A stretch of 64,000 nt of DNA from Candidatus Poseidoniia archaeon (GTDB taxonomy: Archaea; Thermoplasmatota; Poseidoniia; MGIII; CG-Epi1): positions 29,633 through 93,632 of the forward strand of contig JASLZX010000002.1 of the NCBI GenBank assembly GCA_030754655.1, in the 5' to 3' direction. Position 1 is the stretch's first letter. The number at the start of each line of letters is the position of its first letter. The notes beneath the pieces are model-generated. The model was given only the letters and a program-made list of their open reading frames with translations. It searched no databases and was not told where the DNA came from. This document shows positions 9,906 through 18,709 of the stretch, one piece after another. The position numbers and the translations under genes were made by a program.

Positions 9906-11216
9906 TTAGCTAAGGTCGCTACGGGTGTAGAGTGAGAGGCCGACCGGCTTGCGCGGTAGTGGTCCCTTCTTCTCGGCAACGACGGTCGAGATACCTGCCT
10001 CGGGGGCGAGGTCGACCAGCCGCTGGGTGATGATACCATCCATCACCAGTGCTGTGACGCCGTTGTTTCCCTTCTTCTGCAGCTTTTCCTGCAGCTTGGT
10101 AATCGGGAGTTCGTCGCTCAGCTTCTCGCCCGAGAGCAGCCGCACGTTCTTGCTGCCCTTGAGCGCGTCAAGGTGCTCGAGCAGTGCCTGTGCTTCTGCG
10201 GGGGCGGCAGCCTTGACTGCTTCTGGCTCAGCGGCTGGCTCCTCTGCAGGTGCCTCAGCCGGGGCCGCGGGCTCTTCCGCCGCTGCCTTTGGCTCAGCGG
10301 CTGGCGCCTTTGCGGGCGCTTTCGTGTCCTCCTTGCTGGTCTTTGACTTGCGTCCGCCACGTCGCGAGCGTTTTTTCTTGCCATCTTTCGCCCACTTGTT
10401 CTGGTCCTTGAACAGCTCGGTAGTCGACTTGTCGCGCAGGCATTTCATAATCTGCTTGTGCCCGAGGTGTTCGACTTCGGTGTTGCTTGGTGCGCGCGCG
10501 ACATAATTAATCTCAGCGACCTGGAACAACTCGCGCAGGATCATCTCGCCTCCGCGGTCGCCATCGACGAAAGCGGTGACGGTGCGTGACTTGCATAGCT
10601 CGACAATTTCCTTGGGGATGTTGGTCCCCTCGACCGAGATTGCGTTCTTGATGCTGTGCCGCAGCAGGTTCAGGACGTCGCTGCGTCCCTCGACCAGAAT
10701 GATGGCGTCACTGTTCTCGACGTTGGGCCCCGCGGGGAGCTTGCCGCCGTAAGAGACGATTTCATCAGTCTGGATTAGCTGCCTGACGGAGTCGGTTATG
10801 TTGACTCCGGCACTGCGGGACTCGGTCACGATGCCGAGCAGCAGCTCGCGGGCGCGCCCAATAATCTGGTCGCGCTTGCCGGCACGGCTGTCCTCGAGGT
10901 TAGTTACCTTGAGAGTCGCCTTGCAGGGACCGACGCGCTCGACTGTCTCGAGCGCGGCGGCAAAGACCGAAGTCTCTACTTGGTCCATACTGGAGGCTAT
11001 GGTAATTTCACCAATGGACTTGCCCTTGCTACTCTTGATGTCCACTTCGATCCGGCCCATACGGCCCGATTTCTGCATGTCCCGGAGGTCCAGTTCGTCG
11101 CCGAGCAATCCTTCGGTCTGACCGAAGATTGCACCGACTACGTCGGATCGCTCAACCACGCCGCTGGCCGTGATTCTGGCTTGGATAACGTACTTACTAC
11201 TGTTGGGCTCTGTCAT
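9906..11216 (-). CDS. dnaG: Archaeal DnaG-type primase (Toprim domain)
   Basis: KYVIQARITASGVVERSDVVGAIFGQTEGLLG N-terminal domain and Toprim motifs ILVEGRSDV / FVDGDRGGE. ATG 11216 is preceded by an SD-like AGGTGG. Confidence 0.9.
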   Translation of the reverse strand: MTEPNSSKYVIQARITASGVVERSDVVGAIFGQTEGLLGDELDLRDMQKSGRMGRIEVDIKSSKGKSIGEITIASSMDQVETSVFAAALETVERVGPCKATLKVTNLEDSRAGKRDQIIGRARELLLGIVTESRSAGVNITDSVRQLIQTDEIVSYGGKLPAGPNVENSDAIILVEGRSDVLNLLRHSIKNAISVEGTNIPKEIVELCKSRTVTAFVDGDRGGEMILRELFQVAEINYVARAPSNTEVEHLGHKQIMKCLRDKSTTELFKDQNKWAKDGKKKRSRRGGRKSKTSKEDTKAPAKAPAAEPKAAAEEPAAPAEAPAEEPAAEPEAVKAAAPAEAQALLEHLDALKGSKNVRLLSGEKLSDELPITKLQEKLQKKGNNGVTALVMDGIITQRLVDLAPEAGISTVVAEKKGPLPRKPVGLSLYTRSDLS

Positions 11217-11379
11217 TTTTCCACCTTTTGGTTGTGCGGCCTGAGCCTCCCCCAAGCAAGTCCGAACGTCTGGTCCAGGACTCTTTGTTGAGAGTCGATA
11301 AAGTAATTACCGTAATGGCCCGCAGGCCGACCCGGCCCGTACCGGGACCTAATTAAAGCTGGCGGTCTGCGACGGAGCC

Positions 11380-11388
11380 ATTTTATCC
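11380..11388 (+). promoter_or_regulatory. TATA-like box for the DUF1292-containing gene
   Basis: ATTTTATCC is centred about 25 nt upstream of ATG 11409. Confidence 0.4.
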
Positions 11389-11408
11389 AGCCCCATGCTG
11401 CCGGCGCA

Positions 11409-12212
11409 ATGCACGTCGTGACCCTGCTGGCGCAGCCTCGTAAAAAGCACCCGCTGGTGAAGCGCAAGCTGCTACAGAAAGGGCAGCTGGAGGCAGTCGG
11501 CCGTGGCACCTTCGGGCTGGTCTGGCTGACCGACTTCTTCGACGCCTTCTGGGCCTGCGCGCAGGAAATCGATTCCGACGCGAAGGTGAAACTGCGCGAG
11601 AGCGGCTTTGACGAGATGAACTGGACCGCCGCCTTCCGCTTCGCCGGTTTCAAGGCGCGACTTTCAGCGCAGAAATACAAGGGCTTCTACGGCGTCCCGC
11701 GCAACTGTTACCTCCAGCTGAAAATCGGGACTGCTAACCCTAACGACCTGCGTATGTTCCTGCGGCTTCTGGCCGACAAGTTCGAGAAGCCTCCCTGGGC
11801 AATCAACAACTGGAGCAAGCTCGAAGCCAGCTCGGGATTCGACCAAGAGGCGATTATCAGCGGCTGGTCCAAAGCGATGGGGCGCGAAATCAGCGTTGCT
11901 GACACCGCAGGTGGTTGGAGCTTTCCGTTCATGGGCGGCAGCAAAGCTGCGGCGGACGCTCCCGCAACACCCGATGCCGGCGACATCGAAGTGCTGACCG
12001 ACTCCGAAGGCAGGGAGCACCGCTTCCGGGTCCACGGCACGCTCGAGGTTGAGGGCGAAGAGTATGCGGTGATGTCACCCGCCGAAGGCGGCGAGGATGT
12101 GCTCGAGGTGGATATCCTGCACGTTGCCAAGGGCGGCGGCTACGAATCGGTTGAGGATGAAGAGCTCTTCAACGCACTGGCCGAGGCGGCGCAGGAACAC
12201 TTGGCGGCGTAG
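11409..12212 (+). CDS. Hypothetical protein with a C-terminal DUF1292-like domain
   Basis: The C-terminus IEVLTDSEGREHRFRVHGTLEVEGEEYAVMSP...VDILHVAKGGGYESVEDEELFNALAEAA matches the DUF1292/UPF0473 pattern. I did not recognise the N-terminal ~170 aa. Confidence 0.6.
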   Translation: MHVVTLLAQPRKKHPLVKRKLLQKGQLEAVGRGTFGLVWLTDFFDAFWACAQEIDSDAKVKLRESGFDEMNWTAAFRFAGFKARLSAQKYKGFYGVPRNCYLQLKIGTANPNDLRMFLRLLADKFEKPPWAINNWSKLEASSGFDQEAIISGWSKAMGREISVADTAGGWSFPFMGGSKAAADAPATPDAGDIEVLTDSEGREHRFRVHGTLEVEGEEYAVMSPAEGGEDVLEVDILHVAKGGGYESVEDEELFNALAEAAQEHLAA

Positions 12213-12224
12213 CGACAAGTGAAA

Positions 12225-12232
12225 CCTTATTG
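12225..12232 (+). promoter_or_regulatory. TATA-like box upstream of tRNA-Ala
   Basis: CCTTATTG lies about 30 nt upstream of the tRNA 5' end at 12259. Confidence 0.3.
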
Positions 12233-12258
12233 CCGCCGGGGAATGCCGCCGCGGGAGT

Positions 12259-12335
12259 GGGCCGGTAGATCAGCCCGGAAGATCGCCGCCTTCGCAAGGC
12301 GGAGGCCGCGGGTTCAAATCCCGCCCGGTCCACCA
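12259..12335 (+). tRNA. tRNA-Ala (anticodon CGC), with 3' CCA encoded
   Basis: Hand-folded cloverleaf: acceptor GGGCCGG/CCGGTCC with the G3:U70 alanine identity pair, D stem GATC/GATC, anticodon stem CCGCC/GGCGG with loop TTCGCAA, T arm GCGGG-TTCAAAT-CCCGC, discriminator A, then CCA. Confidence 0.95.
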
Positions 12336-12345
12336 GAAGCATAAC

Positions 12346-13338
12346 ATGCCACTCGAACTCGACCTGCATTCGCTGAGACACGGCCCGGAACTGGTGAAGC
12401 GCGGCTTCGCCCGCATGCAGAAAGGCGGCGTCATCATGGACGTCACCGACGCGCAGCAGGCGGCCATCGCCGAGGACGCCGGCGCCGTCGCCGTCATGGC
12501 GCTCGAGCGCGTGCCGGCCGATATCCGTGCCGAAGGCGGCGTCGCGCGCATGTCGGAGCCGCAGAAGATTCGCGAAATTATCGACTGCACCACGATTCCG
12601 GTGATGGCTAAGTGCCGTATCGGCCACACCGCCGAGGCGCGCGTGCTCGAGGCCCTCGGAGTGGACATGATTGACGAGTCGGAAGTGCTGACGCCGGCCG
12701 ACCCCTACTTCCACGTCATCAAGCGCAACTTCACCGTCCCGTTCGTTTGCGGCGCCACTTCGCTCGGTGAGGGGCTGCGCCGTGTCTGGGAAGGCTCGGC
12801 CATGATTCGTACCAAGGGCGAGGCGGGGACGGGGAACATCGTCGCCGCGATGCGCCACGCGCGGCTGCTCGACGCCGAAATCGCAGCGGTGCAGCAATCT
12901 GACGACCGCGCCGCAATGGCGACCCGCGTCGTCGACAAGTATTTCGAGCTCGACCGCGAGGTGGTAACCAACCTCGGTTCTTCAGCTGGCGCGACTCCGT
13001 TCGAGATGCCGCGCAGCGAAATCGAGGCTGAAATCGCCGAGCTGATGGACGAGGTCGCGAAGCTGGGGCGGCTACCGGTCGTCACTTTCACGGCAGGCGG
13101 CATCGCGACGCCGGCCGACGCGGCGCTGATGATGCAATTCGGGATGGACGGACTCTTCGTCGGCTCGGGCATCTTCAAGTCTGACGACCCGGCCGAGCGC
13201 GCGCGCGCCATCGTCGAGGCGACCGCGCACTTCGACGACCCACACGTCGTGGCGAAAGTCTCGGACGACCTCGGCAGCGCGATGGACGGCTTGGAAGAGG
13301 CGGCGCTGGAAACGAAGATGGCTTCGCGCGGGCACTAA
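12346..13338 (+). CDS. pdxS: Pyridoxal 5'-phosphate synthase, PdxS subunit
   Basis: GGVIMDV...[13 protein letters not shown]...MAKCRIGH...[10 protein letters not shown]...[11 protein letters not shown] are near-invariant PdxS blocks. Confidence 0.95.
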   Translation: MPLELDLHSLRHGPELVKRGFARMQKGGVIMDVTDAQQAAIAEDAGAVAVMALERVPADIRAEGGVARMSEPQKIREIIDCTTIPVMAKCRIGHTAEARVLEALGVDMIDESEVLTPADPYFHVIKRNFTVPFVCGATSLGEGLRRVWEGSAMIRTKGEAGTGNIVAAMRHARLLDAEIAAVQQSDDRAAMATRVVDKYFELDREVVTNLGSSAGATPFEMPRSEIEAEIAELMDEVAKLGRLPVVTFTAGGIATPADAALMMQFGMDGLFVGSGIFKSDDPAERARAIVEATAHFDDPHVVAKVSDDLGSAMDGLEEAALETKMASRGH

Positions 13339-13357
13339 AGCAGCAGGCGCGGTGCGC

Positions 13358-15691
13358 TTACTTGCCGAAAATCTGGTCGCGGTAGATGTAGCCCAGCGCT
13401 CCGAAGACCGCCATCACGATGGCGGCAATCAGCCCGATTGAGGTCCAGTCGCGGCCGTCATCGGCAGCCTTGACTGTGACCAGTTTCACCAGCTCGTTCT
13501 TCTCAGTGCCCTCGTCGATTACGTTAGCGGCGTCGACCACGACAAAAATCGTGTGCGCGCCTGCGGGGATATTACTCCACGTAGCCGTTAGCGTGTATGA
13601 GTGCTCGATACCCTCGCTGAGGTTAGCGCCATCGACCGAGATGTTAGCAAACTCGTTGCCGGCTGCAATCGAGTCGGCGTAGAATGCGACGTTGAAGCTA
13701 CGGGTGATGTTCTTCTCCAGCAGCTTGTACGTCGCCTCCATCACGAGGTCGTCGCCCTCCTGCGGGGAGTCGCTGGTGAAGTTGAGCGAGGAGACGAAGA
13801 GGTCAGGCCGCACCATCGTCGCCGGCTCGACCAGCGCCCCGAAGACCGCTTCGTTGCCAGCGCGGTCGGTGACCGTCAGGACGACGTTGAAGCCCTCGTC
13901 CTTCAGCTCGGCGTAAACATGCTCAACCACGGCGCCGGAATCGGTCAGGCCGTCATCGAACACCCAGTTGAAGGTGAGGTCAGCCAGTGAGTCGAAGTTG
14001 TCCTCGGTGCTCGAGGCGTTGAAGATTACCGGAGCGCCCTCCATTGCCTTCTGCAAGGCTTGTTCATCTGCCTCGATGGTACCGTTGTCGTTAATGTCGT
14101 AGTAGTAAGTGAACTTGGCGTCGGGGACAGTGACGTCGTTCACGATGATTGTTGCCGAATCCGAGGCGCTGTTGCCAGCCGCGTCGGTGGTGGTGAGCGT
14201 GACCTCATACTCCCCGGGTTCGCTGAACTGCTTGCTGACGACCGAGCCGCTGTCGCTGCCCTCTTCGCCGAAGTCCCACGCCCAGGAGGCAATCTCGCTC
14301 TCGCCGTCGCTCGAGCCGGAGCCGTTGAAGACCAGCGTCGAGGTGTCTTCGTTGACGTTGGTGTCATTGTAGGCTGCGCCTTCGTCGTCAATGGAAGCCT
14401 TGACCGTAGTCGTAAAGTTGGAAGTGGGCGCGCTGCCGTCAACCAGGATTGTGACGTTGGCAGTGTCCACGTTGCCGTACTGGTCCATCGCGGTCAGGTT
14501 GACCGTGTAGCTGCCGTCCGCGCTCCAGGAATGGTTGAGCTCTTCCTGTCCGTAGGTGCTTGCGCCGCCCTCGCCGAAGTCCCACTCCAGCTGCGTGATA
14601 CCGACCGTCGCGCTCGCGCCGCCTGCCGAGAAGCTGACCGCTTCATCGACTGCGACGACATACGCGCCGGCGAGCATGCTCGCCTCACTAGTGACCACGA
14701 CGTCAGCCGTCGGGCCGGGGTTGAGTTGCAGCAGCACAGTCATGCCGCTGACGTCCATTACCGGAATGCTCGAGGTGACTGCGGGGACGCCCGGCAGCGC
14801 CGCAACCCGGGTACCGCTCGAAGCAGTGTCGAGCACGATTTCCAGATTCTCGCCCGCGCCGTCGCCAGCCACGGTTACGCCGGTGGCGTAGTCCGCGTGG
14901 AACGCGAAGATGTAGTTGCCGTTGCTCGCTGCGCTGGGGCGCACGACGTGCGTCGCACCGCCCAGCTTCTCGGCCGCGCCCCAAGTGGCGGTCGAAGCCT
15001 CGTAGAGCATGACCTCGGCGTCGCGCAGCGTGTTGCCGTCGCCGTCAAGGATGCGCACATACTTCAGGTTGTCATCGTTGACCATTGAAAGCACGACATT
15101 TACTGAACTGCCAATTGAGGAATAGTAACCCGCAGCCGTGACCCGCAGCGTGAAGGACTCGTTGGCGAGTCCGCTGAAGCTGTAGTTTCCGTCGGCGTCC
15201 GTGGTTGCGCTGCGCTCGTAAGCGGCGCTGCCGCCCCACCAGTCGTCGCCAGATTCCTCGCCTGCCAGCGTGACGCTGGCGCCCTCGATTGCCGAGGAGC
15301 CGTCGGTGACGTTGCCGGCAAAGCTGTCGGAACCGCCCATCGTGGCGACTAGGATAACATCATCCATGCTGCCGCTGCCGTCGACGGTGACGTCGTTCAC
15401 GACGGCGAGGTAGCCCGCCATCTCGTAACCGAACTGGTAGTCGCCATCCTCGAGGTTGTCGAGGCTGTACCAGCCATCTTCGAGCGTTGAGGTGTTCGTT
15501 ACCGCGCCGGTAGCGCTGTTGAACGCACTGACTGTCGCGCCAGAAAGGCCGGCGCCGTCAGCCAGGACGAAGCCGTCCTGGTCGTAGGTAGCCGCGCTCG
15601 CATTGGTTGCGAGAAACAGCCCCGTGAATACTCCGCAGAGCAGCATCGCGGCGGCTAGCAGGACTTTGAGCGATTGTCGCTGTTGAGTCAT
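13358..15691 (-). CDS. Large secreted surface protein: signal peptide, CarboxypepD_reg-like domains, three PKD repeats, C-terminal TM anchor
   Basis: Signal peptide KVLLAAAMLLCGVFTGLFLATNASA. PKD-like WDFGEGG...YTVNLTAMDQYGN, WDFGEEGS...YEVTLTTTDAAGN and FDDGLTD...FNVVLTVTDRAGN. C-terminal TM segment IGLIAAIVMAVFGALGYIY. ATG 15691 is preceded by an SD-like GGAGTGA; the track start is GTG 15700. Confidence 0.8.
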   Translation of the reverse strand: MTQQRQSLKVLLAAAMLLCGVFTGLFLATNASAATYDQDGFVLADGAGLSGATVSAFNSATGAVTNTSTLEDGWYSLDNLEDGDYQFGYEMAGYLAVVNDVTVDGSGSMDDVILVATMGGSDSFAGNVTDGSSAIEGASVTLAGEESGDDWWGGSAAYERSATTDADGNYSFSGLANESFTLRVTAAGYYSSIGSSVNVVLSMVNDDNLKYVRILDGDGNTLRDAEVMLYEASTATWGAAEKLGGATHVVRPSAASNGNYIFAFHADYATGVTVAGDGAGENLEIVLDTASSGTRVAALPGVPAVTSSIPVMDVSGMTVLLQLNPGPTADVVVTSEASMLAGAYVVAVDEAVSFSAGGASATVGITQLEWDFGEGGASTYGQEELNHSWSADGSYTVNLTAMDQYGNVDTANVTILVDGSAPTSNFTTTVKASIDDEGAAYNDTNVNEDTSTLVFNGSGSSDGESEIASWAWDFGEEGSDSGSVVSKQFSEPGEYEVTLTTTDAAGNSASDSATIIVNDVTVPDAKFTYYYDINDNGTIEADEQALQKAMEGAPVIFNASSTEDNFDSLADLTFNWVFDDGLTDSGAVVEHVYAELKDEGFNVVLTVTDRAGNEAVFGALVEPATMVRPDLFVSSLNFTSDSPQEGDDLVMEATYKLLEKNITRSFNVAFYADSIAAGNEFANISVDGANLSEGIEHSYTLTATWSNIPAGAHTIFVVVDAANVIDEGTEKNELVKLVTVKAADDGRDWTSIGLIAAIVMAVFGALGYIYRDQIFGK

Positions 15692-15737
15692 GGTGATCAC
15701 TCCCGGCAGGAAACCCGGGGGCCGGCCGAGTCGGGGG

Positions 15738-15750
15738 CTATATATATAGA
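15738..15750 (-). promoter_or_regulatory. TATA box upstream of the surface-protein gene
   Basis: CTATATATATAGA lies about 50 nt upstream of ATG 15691, so this gene appears to have a leader. Confidence 0.4.
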
Positions 15751-15781
15751 TTGCAAAACGATTATCGTTGGGACACTATCA

Positions 15782-18637
15782 CTATTTCACGAAGATAGCG
15801 GGCCGCAGCGGCGCCGCCTGCCGCGCCTTCCCGGCGGCTCCACCTGTCGCGTCTCCGGCAGGCGCAACCGCCACCTCACAGCCGAACGTTGCGGCGAGGA
15901 AGTTGGAAGCCTGCTCGAGCACCACCTCCTCGTCGAGCTGCTCGGCGTAGCGCGCCGCCCAGCCGGGGCCGAGCGCAGGGATTTCCTGCATCACCCACCG
16001 CTTCAGGAAAGCGGCCGCCTCCTTCCGGGCCGCGGCGGGAAGCGCGGCCATCGCCGCCTTCATCAGCGGCTGCATATCGACGCGGCCACGCTCGTCGGCC
16101 AGCCCGGCAGCGAGTCCGACGGCCTGCCACTTCCAGTCGGGCGCGACCAGCAGTGTAATCGCCTGCGGCGACTCGATGCGCGCCACTTTCAGGATGGCTT
16201 CAATGTCGGCGTGGGTGCGCTGGACCAGCGCCTCGCCGCGCAGCAGCGTCGCGGGCGCTGGCTCGCCGTCCGGGTAGGACGCTTCGCTGGCGAAACCGTC
16301 GCCGCCGAGCAGCCCCCATGCCTCCTCGGACAGGTGCGGCACTATTGGCGCCAGCCCGCGTGTGACGGTCGAAAGGTAGTCGTGGAGCAGGTCGCGCCGC
16401 GGCGTTCCGCAGCGGCGCAGATACCAACGGTAGTGGCGCGGCAGCTCGAAGAAAAGCCGGCGCATCGCCGTGCGGAAGCGCATTCGGTCGCAGGCGCAGC
16501 GCGCATCGTGCGCCGCCTGCGAGAGCATCGCCGCAAACCAGTCGTCGGACGGGTGCAGCTCGTCGCGGCCGCTGCCGGCGTTGGCGGCGACGAAGCGCAG
16601 CCAGCGCTCCAGCTTGCGGCCGGCGGTGTCGGCGAAACTCGCCTCCCAGTTGGGGTCGTCGAGTCCTTCGCCGGAGTTGCAGAGTGTCAGCCGCGTCGCG
16701 TCGGCGCCGTAGCGGTCAATCAGCTGCCGGATGGTGTAGAAGTTGCCGCGCGACTTGGACATCTTTTCGCCGTCGACCAGTACCCAGCCGTTGACCGCGA
16801 AACCGCGCGGCCACTTTTCGCGGGAAAAGACGGCGGTGTGGTTGAAGAGGCTGAACGAAAGATGGTTCTGGATAAGGTCCTTACCGCTCACGCGCAGGTC
16901 GTAGGGATACCAGTATTCGAATTCGGCGCGCCACTCCGCGACCTGCTTCGCGTTGATGCCCGGCACCGCATTGGGGTCGCCGTCGCCGAAGAGCGCCTCG
17001 AAGAGTTCCTCGCCTAGCTTTGCGGCCGGCAGCGAATTGACATGGTGTGCGACGGTGTAGTACGCCATGTAGATGGTCGAGTCGCTCAACGACTCGATAA
17101 CCCATTTCTCGTCCCACGGCAGCCGCGTTCCCAAGCCCTGCTCGCGCGCGCAGGCCCAGTCGCGCAGCCAGCCGAGCACGTGCTCGAACTGCGCGCGTGC
17201 CTTGCGCGGGAAGAGCGTCATTGCGCCGAGCGCCTCGCGGGTGCGTGCGGTCCACGTTTCGTCGTCGTATTTCAGGAACCACTGGTCCTCGACGATTTTG
17301 ACGGTGCAGTCGGTGAGCCAGCGGCTGCGCGCAGGCCCAGTCAACTCGTAATAGCGCGCGGCGTCGCCGCTGGCGATGAGCGCTGCGCACACCTTCTCGC
17401 GCGCCGCGTCTACCGGCAGGCCGGCGCAGCCCATGCCGACCGAGTCAAGCATCGTGCCGTGCTGGAAGCTGTGCAGGTAGAGCTGCTGCTTCGCCTTCTC
17501 CAGCCGGGTGCGGTCGTGTTGGTCGCGCACGCCCATCTGCTGGCAGAGCGCTGGTGCCGGAACGGTCCCGAACTCGCCCGAATCGATAATCGCGAGCGGC
17601 TCTATTTCCTTTATATATTTATGGTTGAGACCCCACTGTTCGCACAGCGCAGCCGAATCCTGCAGGTCAGCCAGCCCCTGCCAGTCATCCGGCGCGTCGC
17701 TCGGGACCGACGTCACGATGCCGGAGCCGATGGCGGCGTCGCAGAAATCGGCCGGCAGTACCATCAGTTCGCGGTCGACCCCGGGCGCCGCAAAGCGCTG
17801 CCCAATGAGCTCGCGTCCCGCGATGGTGCCGAGCTCCTCGACCTCGTGGCCCTGCAGCCGCAGTTTGGCCGGCATCTGTTGCGAGCAAATCCATTCTTCG
17901 CCGTCGACCCTCGCTCGCGCGTAGGTGCCGCTGCCGTCAACCCATAGGTTGGTCTGTCCGAAGACCGTCTCGGGCCGCAGCGTCGCCGCGACCAGCATGC
18001 TGGCGTCGCCGCGGAACTTGAGCAGGCAGTATTCCTGCGGTGTTTCGCCTTCGCCCGAGATGCGGTCGTGGTCACCGACTACAGTCTCGCGCTCGGGGCA
18101 CCAGACGACCGGGAACGATCCCTTGCGCAGATAGTCTCCCTCGCGCAGCCGGTTGAACTGCCAGCGGATGAACGCGTCGTAGGCCGGATTCTGGTCGGTG
18201 GTAATGAAGCTGCGGCGCCAGTCGACCGCCAGGCCGAGCGACTGCAAGTCCTGCTGGAACCGCTCGGGAAAGTGCTCGAACCACGCCTGCGGCTCTGCCA
18301 GCGATTCCGCCAGTGCGCCGGTGATGCCCATCTGCTCCAGCGCGCGCAGCTGCCCCGGCTCGCGCTCGGCGACGCGCTGTGCCGCGGCGGCGATGGGGGT
18401 ACCGGTACAGTGGAACGCGAAGGGCCAGAGCACGTTGCGCCCGCGCATGCGCTGGTAGCGCGCCATCATCTCGGCGCGCAGTAGCGTGAAGCCGTGCCCC
18501 AGATGCGGGTAGCCGTTGACGTAGGGATACGGGAAAGTGACGAAATATTTCTCATGCCCAGGGTCGGGCTCCGCCTCGAAGAGCCGCGCAGCGTCCCAGC
18601 GCTGCTGCCACTTCGCTTCCCGCTCGGGGACGCTCAC
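15782..18637 (-). CDS. leuS: Leucine--tRNA ligase, archaeal type
   Basis: 951 aa from GTG 18637 (MSVPEREAKWQQRWDAARLFEA...). HIGH-type motif PYVNGYPHLGH and KMSKS present. TATA TTTTATAA is centred 26 nt upstream. The track ORF extension to 19489 has no homology and runs antisense to the next gene. Confidence 0.93.
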   Translation of the reverse strand: MSVPEREAKWQQRWDAARLFEAEPDPGHEKYFVTFPYPYVNGYPHLGHGFTLLRAEMMARYQRMRGRNVLWPFAFHCTGTPIAAAAQRVAEREPGQLRALEQMGITGALAESLAEPQAWFEHFPERFQQDLQSLGLAVDWRRSFITTDQNPAYDAFIRWQFNRLREGDYLRKGSFPVVWCPERETVVGDHDRISGEGETPQEYCLLKFRGDASMLVAATLRPETVFGQTNLWVDGSGTYARARVDGEEWICSQQMPAKLRLQGHEVEELGTIAGRELIGQRFAAPGVDRELMVLPADFCDAAIGSGIVTSVPSDAPDDWQGLADLQDSAALCEQWGLNHKYIKEIEPLAIIDSGEFGTVPAPALCQQMGVRDQHDRTRLEKAKQQLYLHSFQHGTMLDSVGMGCAGLPVDAAREKVCAALIASGDAARYYELTGPARSRWLTDCTVKIVEDQWFLKYDDETWTARTREALGAMTLFPRKARAQFEHVLGWLRDWACAREQGLGTRLPWDEKWVIESLSDSTIYMAYYTVAHHVNSLPAAKLGEELFEALFGDGDPNAVPGINAKQVAEWRAEFEYWYPYDLRVSGKDLIQNHLSFSLFNHTAVFSREKWPRGFAVNGWVLVDGEKMSKSRGNFYTIRQLIDRYGADATRLTLCNSGEGLDDPNWEASFADTAGRKLERWLRFVAANAGSGRDELHPSDDWFAAMLSQAAHDARCACDRMRFRTAMRRLFFELPRHYRWYLRRCGTPRRDLLHDYLSTVTRGLAPIVPHLSEEAWGLLGGDGFASEASYPDGEPAPATLLRGEALVQRTHADIEAILKVARIESPQAITLLVAPDWKWQAVGLAAGLADERGRVDMQPLMKAAMAALPAAARKEAAAFLKRWVMQEIPALGPGWAARYAEQLDEEVVLEQASNFLAATFGCEVAVAPAGDATGGAAGKARQAAPLRPAIFVK

Positions 18638-18659
18638 GGCCGCGGCAGTCGGCGCTCCG

Positions 18660-18686
18660 TTATAAAACGGCCAACAGGTAAAATAG
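18660..18686. promoter_or_regulatory. Back-to-back TATA boxes for divergent leuS and the TIM-barrel gene
   Basis: TTATAAAA (18660-18667) is 26 nt from GTG 18637 on the minus strand. GTAAAATAG (18678-18686) is about 28 nt from ATG 18710 on the plus strand. Confidence 0.55.
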
Positions 18687-18709
18687 AACCCCGGTTTGCG
18701 GGCCGAGTT

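Noticed and set aside
12169-12897. A 242-aa minus-strand ORF spanning the tRNA-Ala and the 5' half of pdxS.
   Set aside because: It is antisense to a near-invariant PdxS sequence and overlaps a tRNA gene. It has no recognisable motif, so I treat it as a GC artefact.
15674-17947. Plus-strand ORFs of 447 aa and 301 aa (15674..17017 and 17042..17947) opposite leuS.
   Set aside because: They are Arg/Ala/Gly-rich antisense frames with no motifs and lie entirely inside a confidently assigned essential gene.
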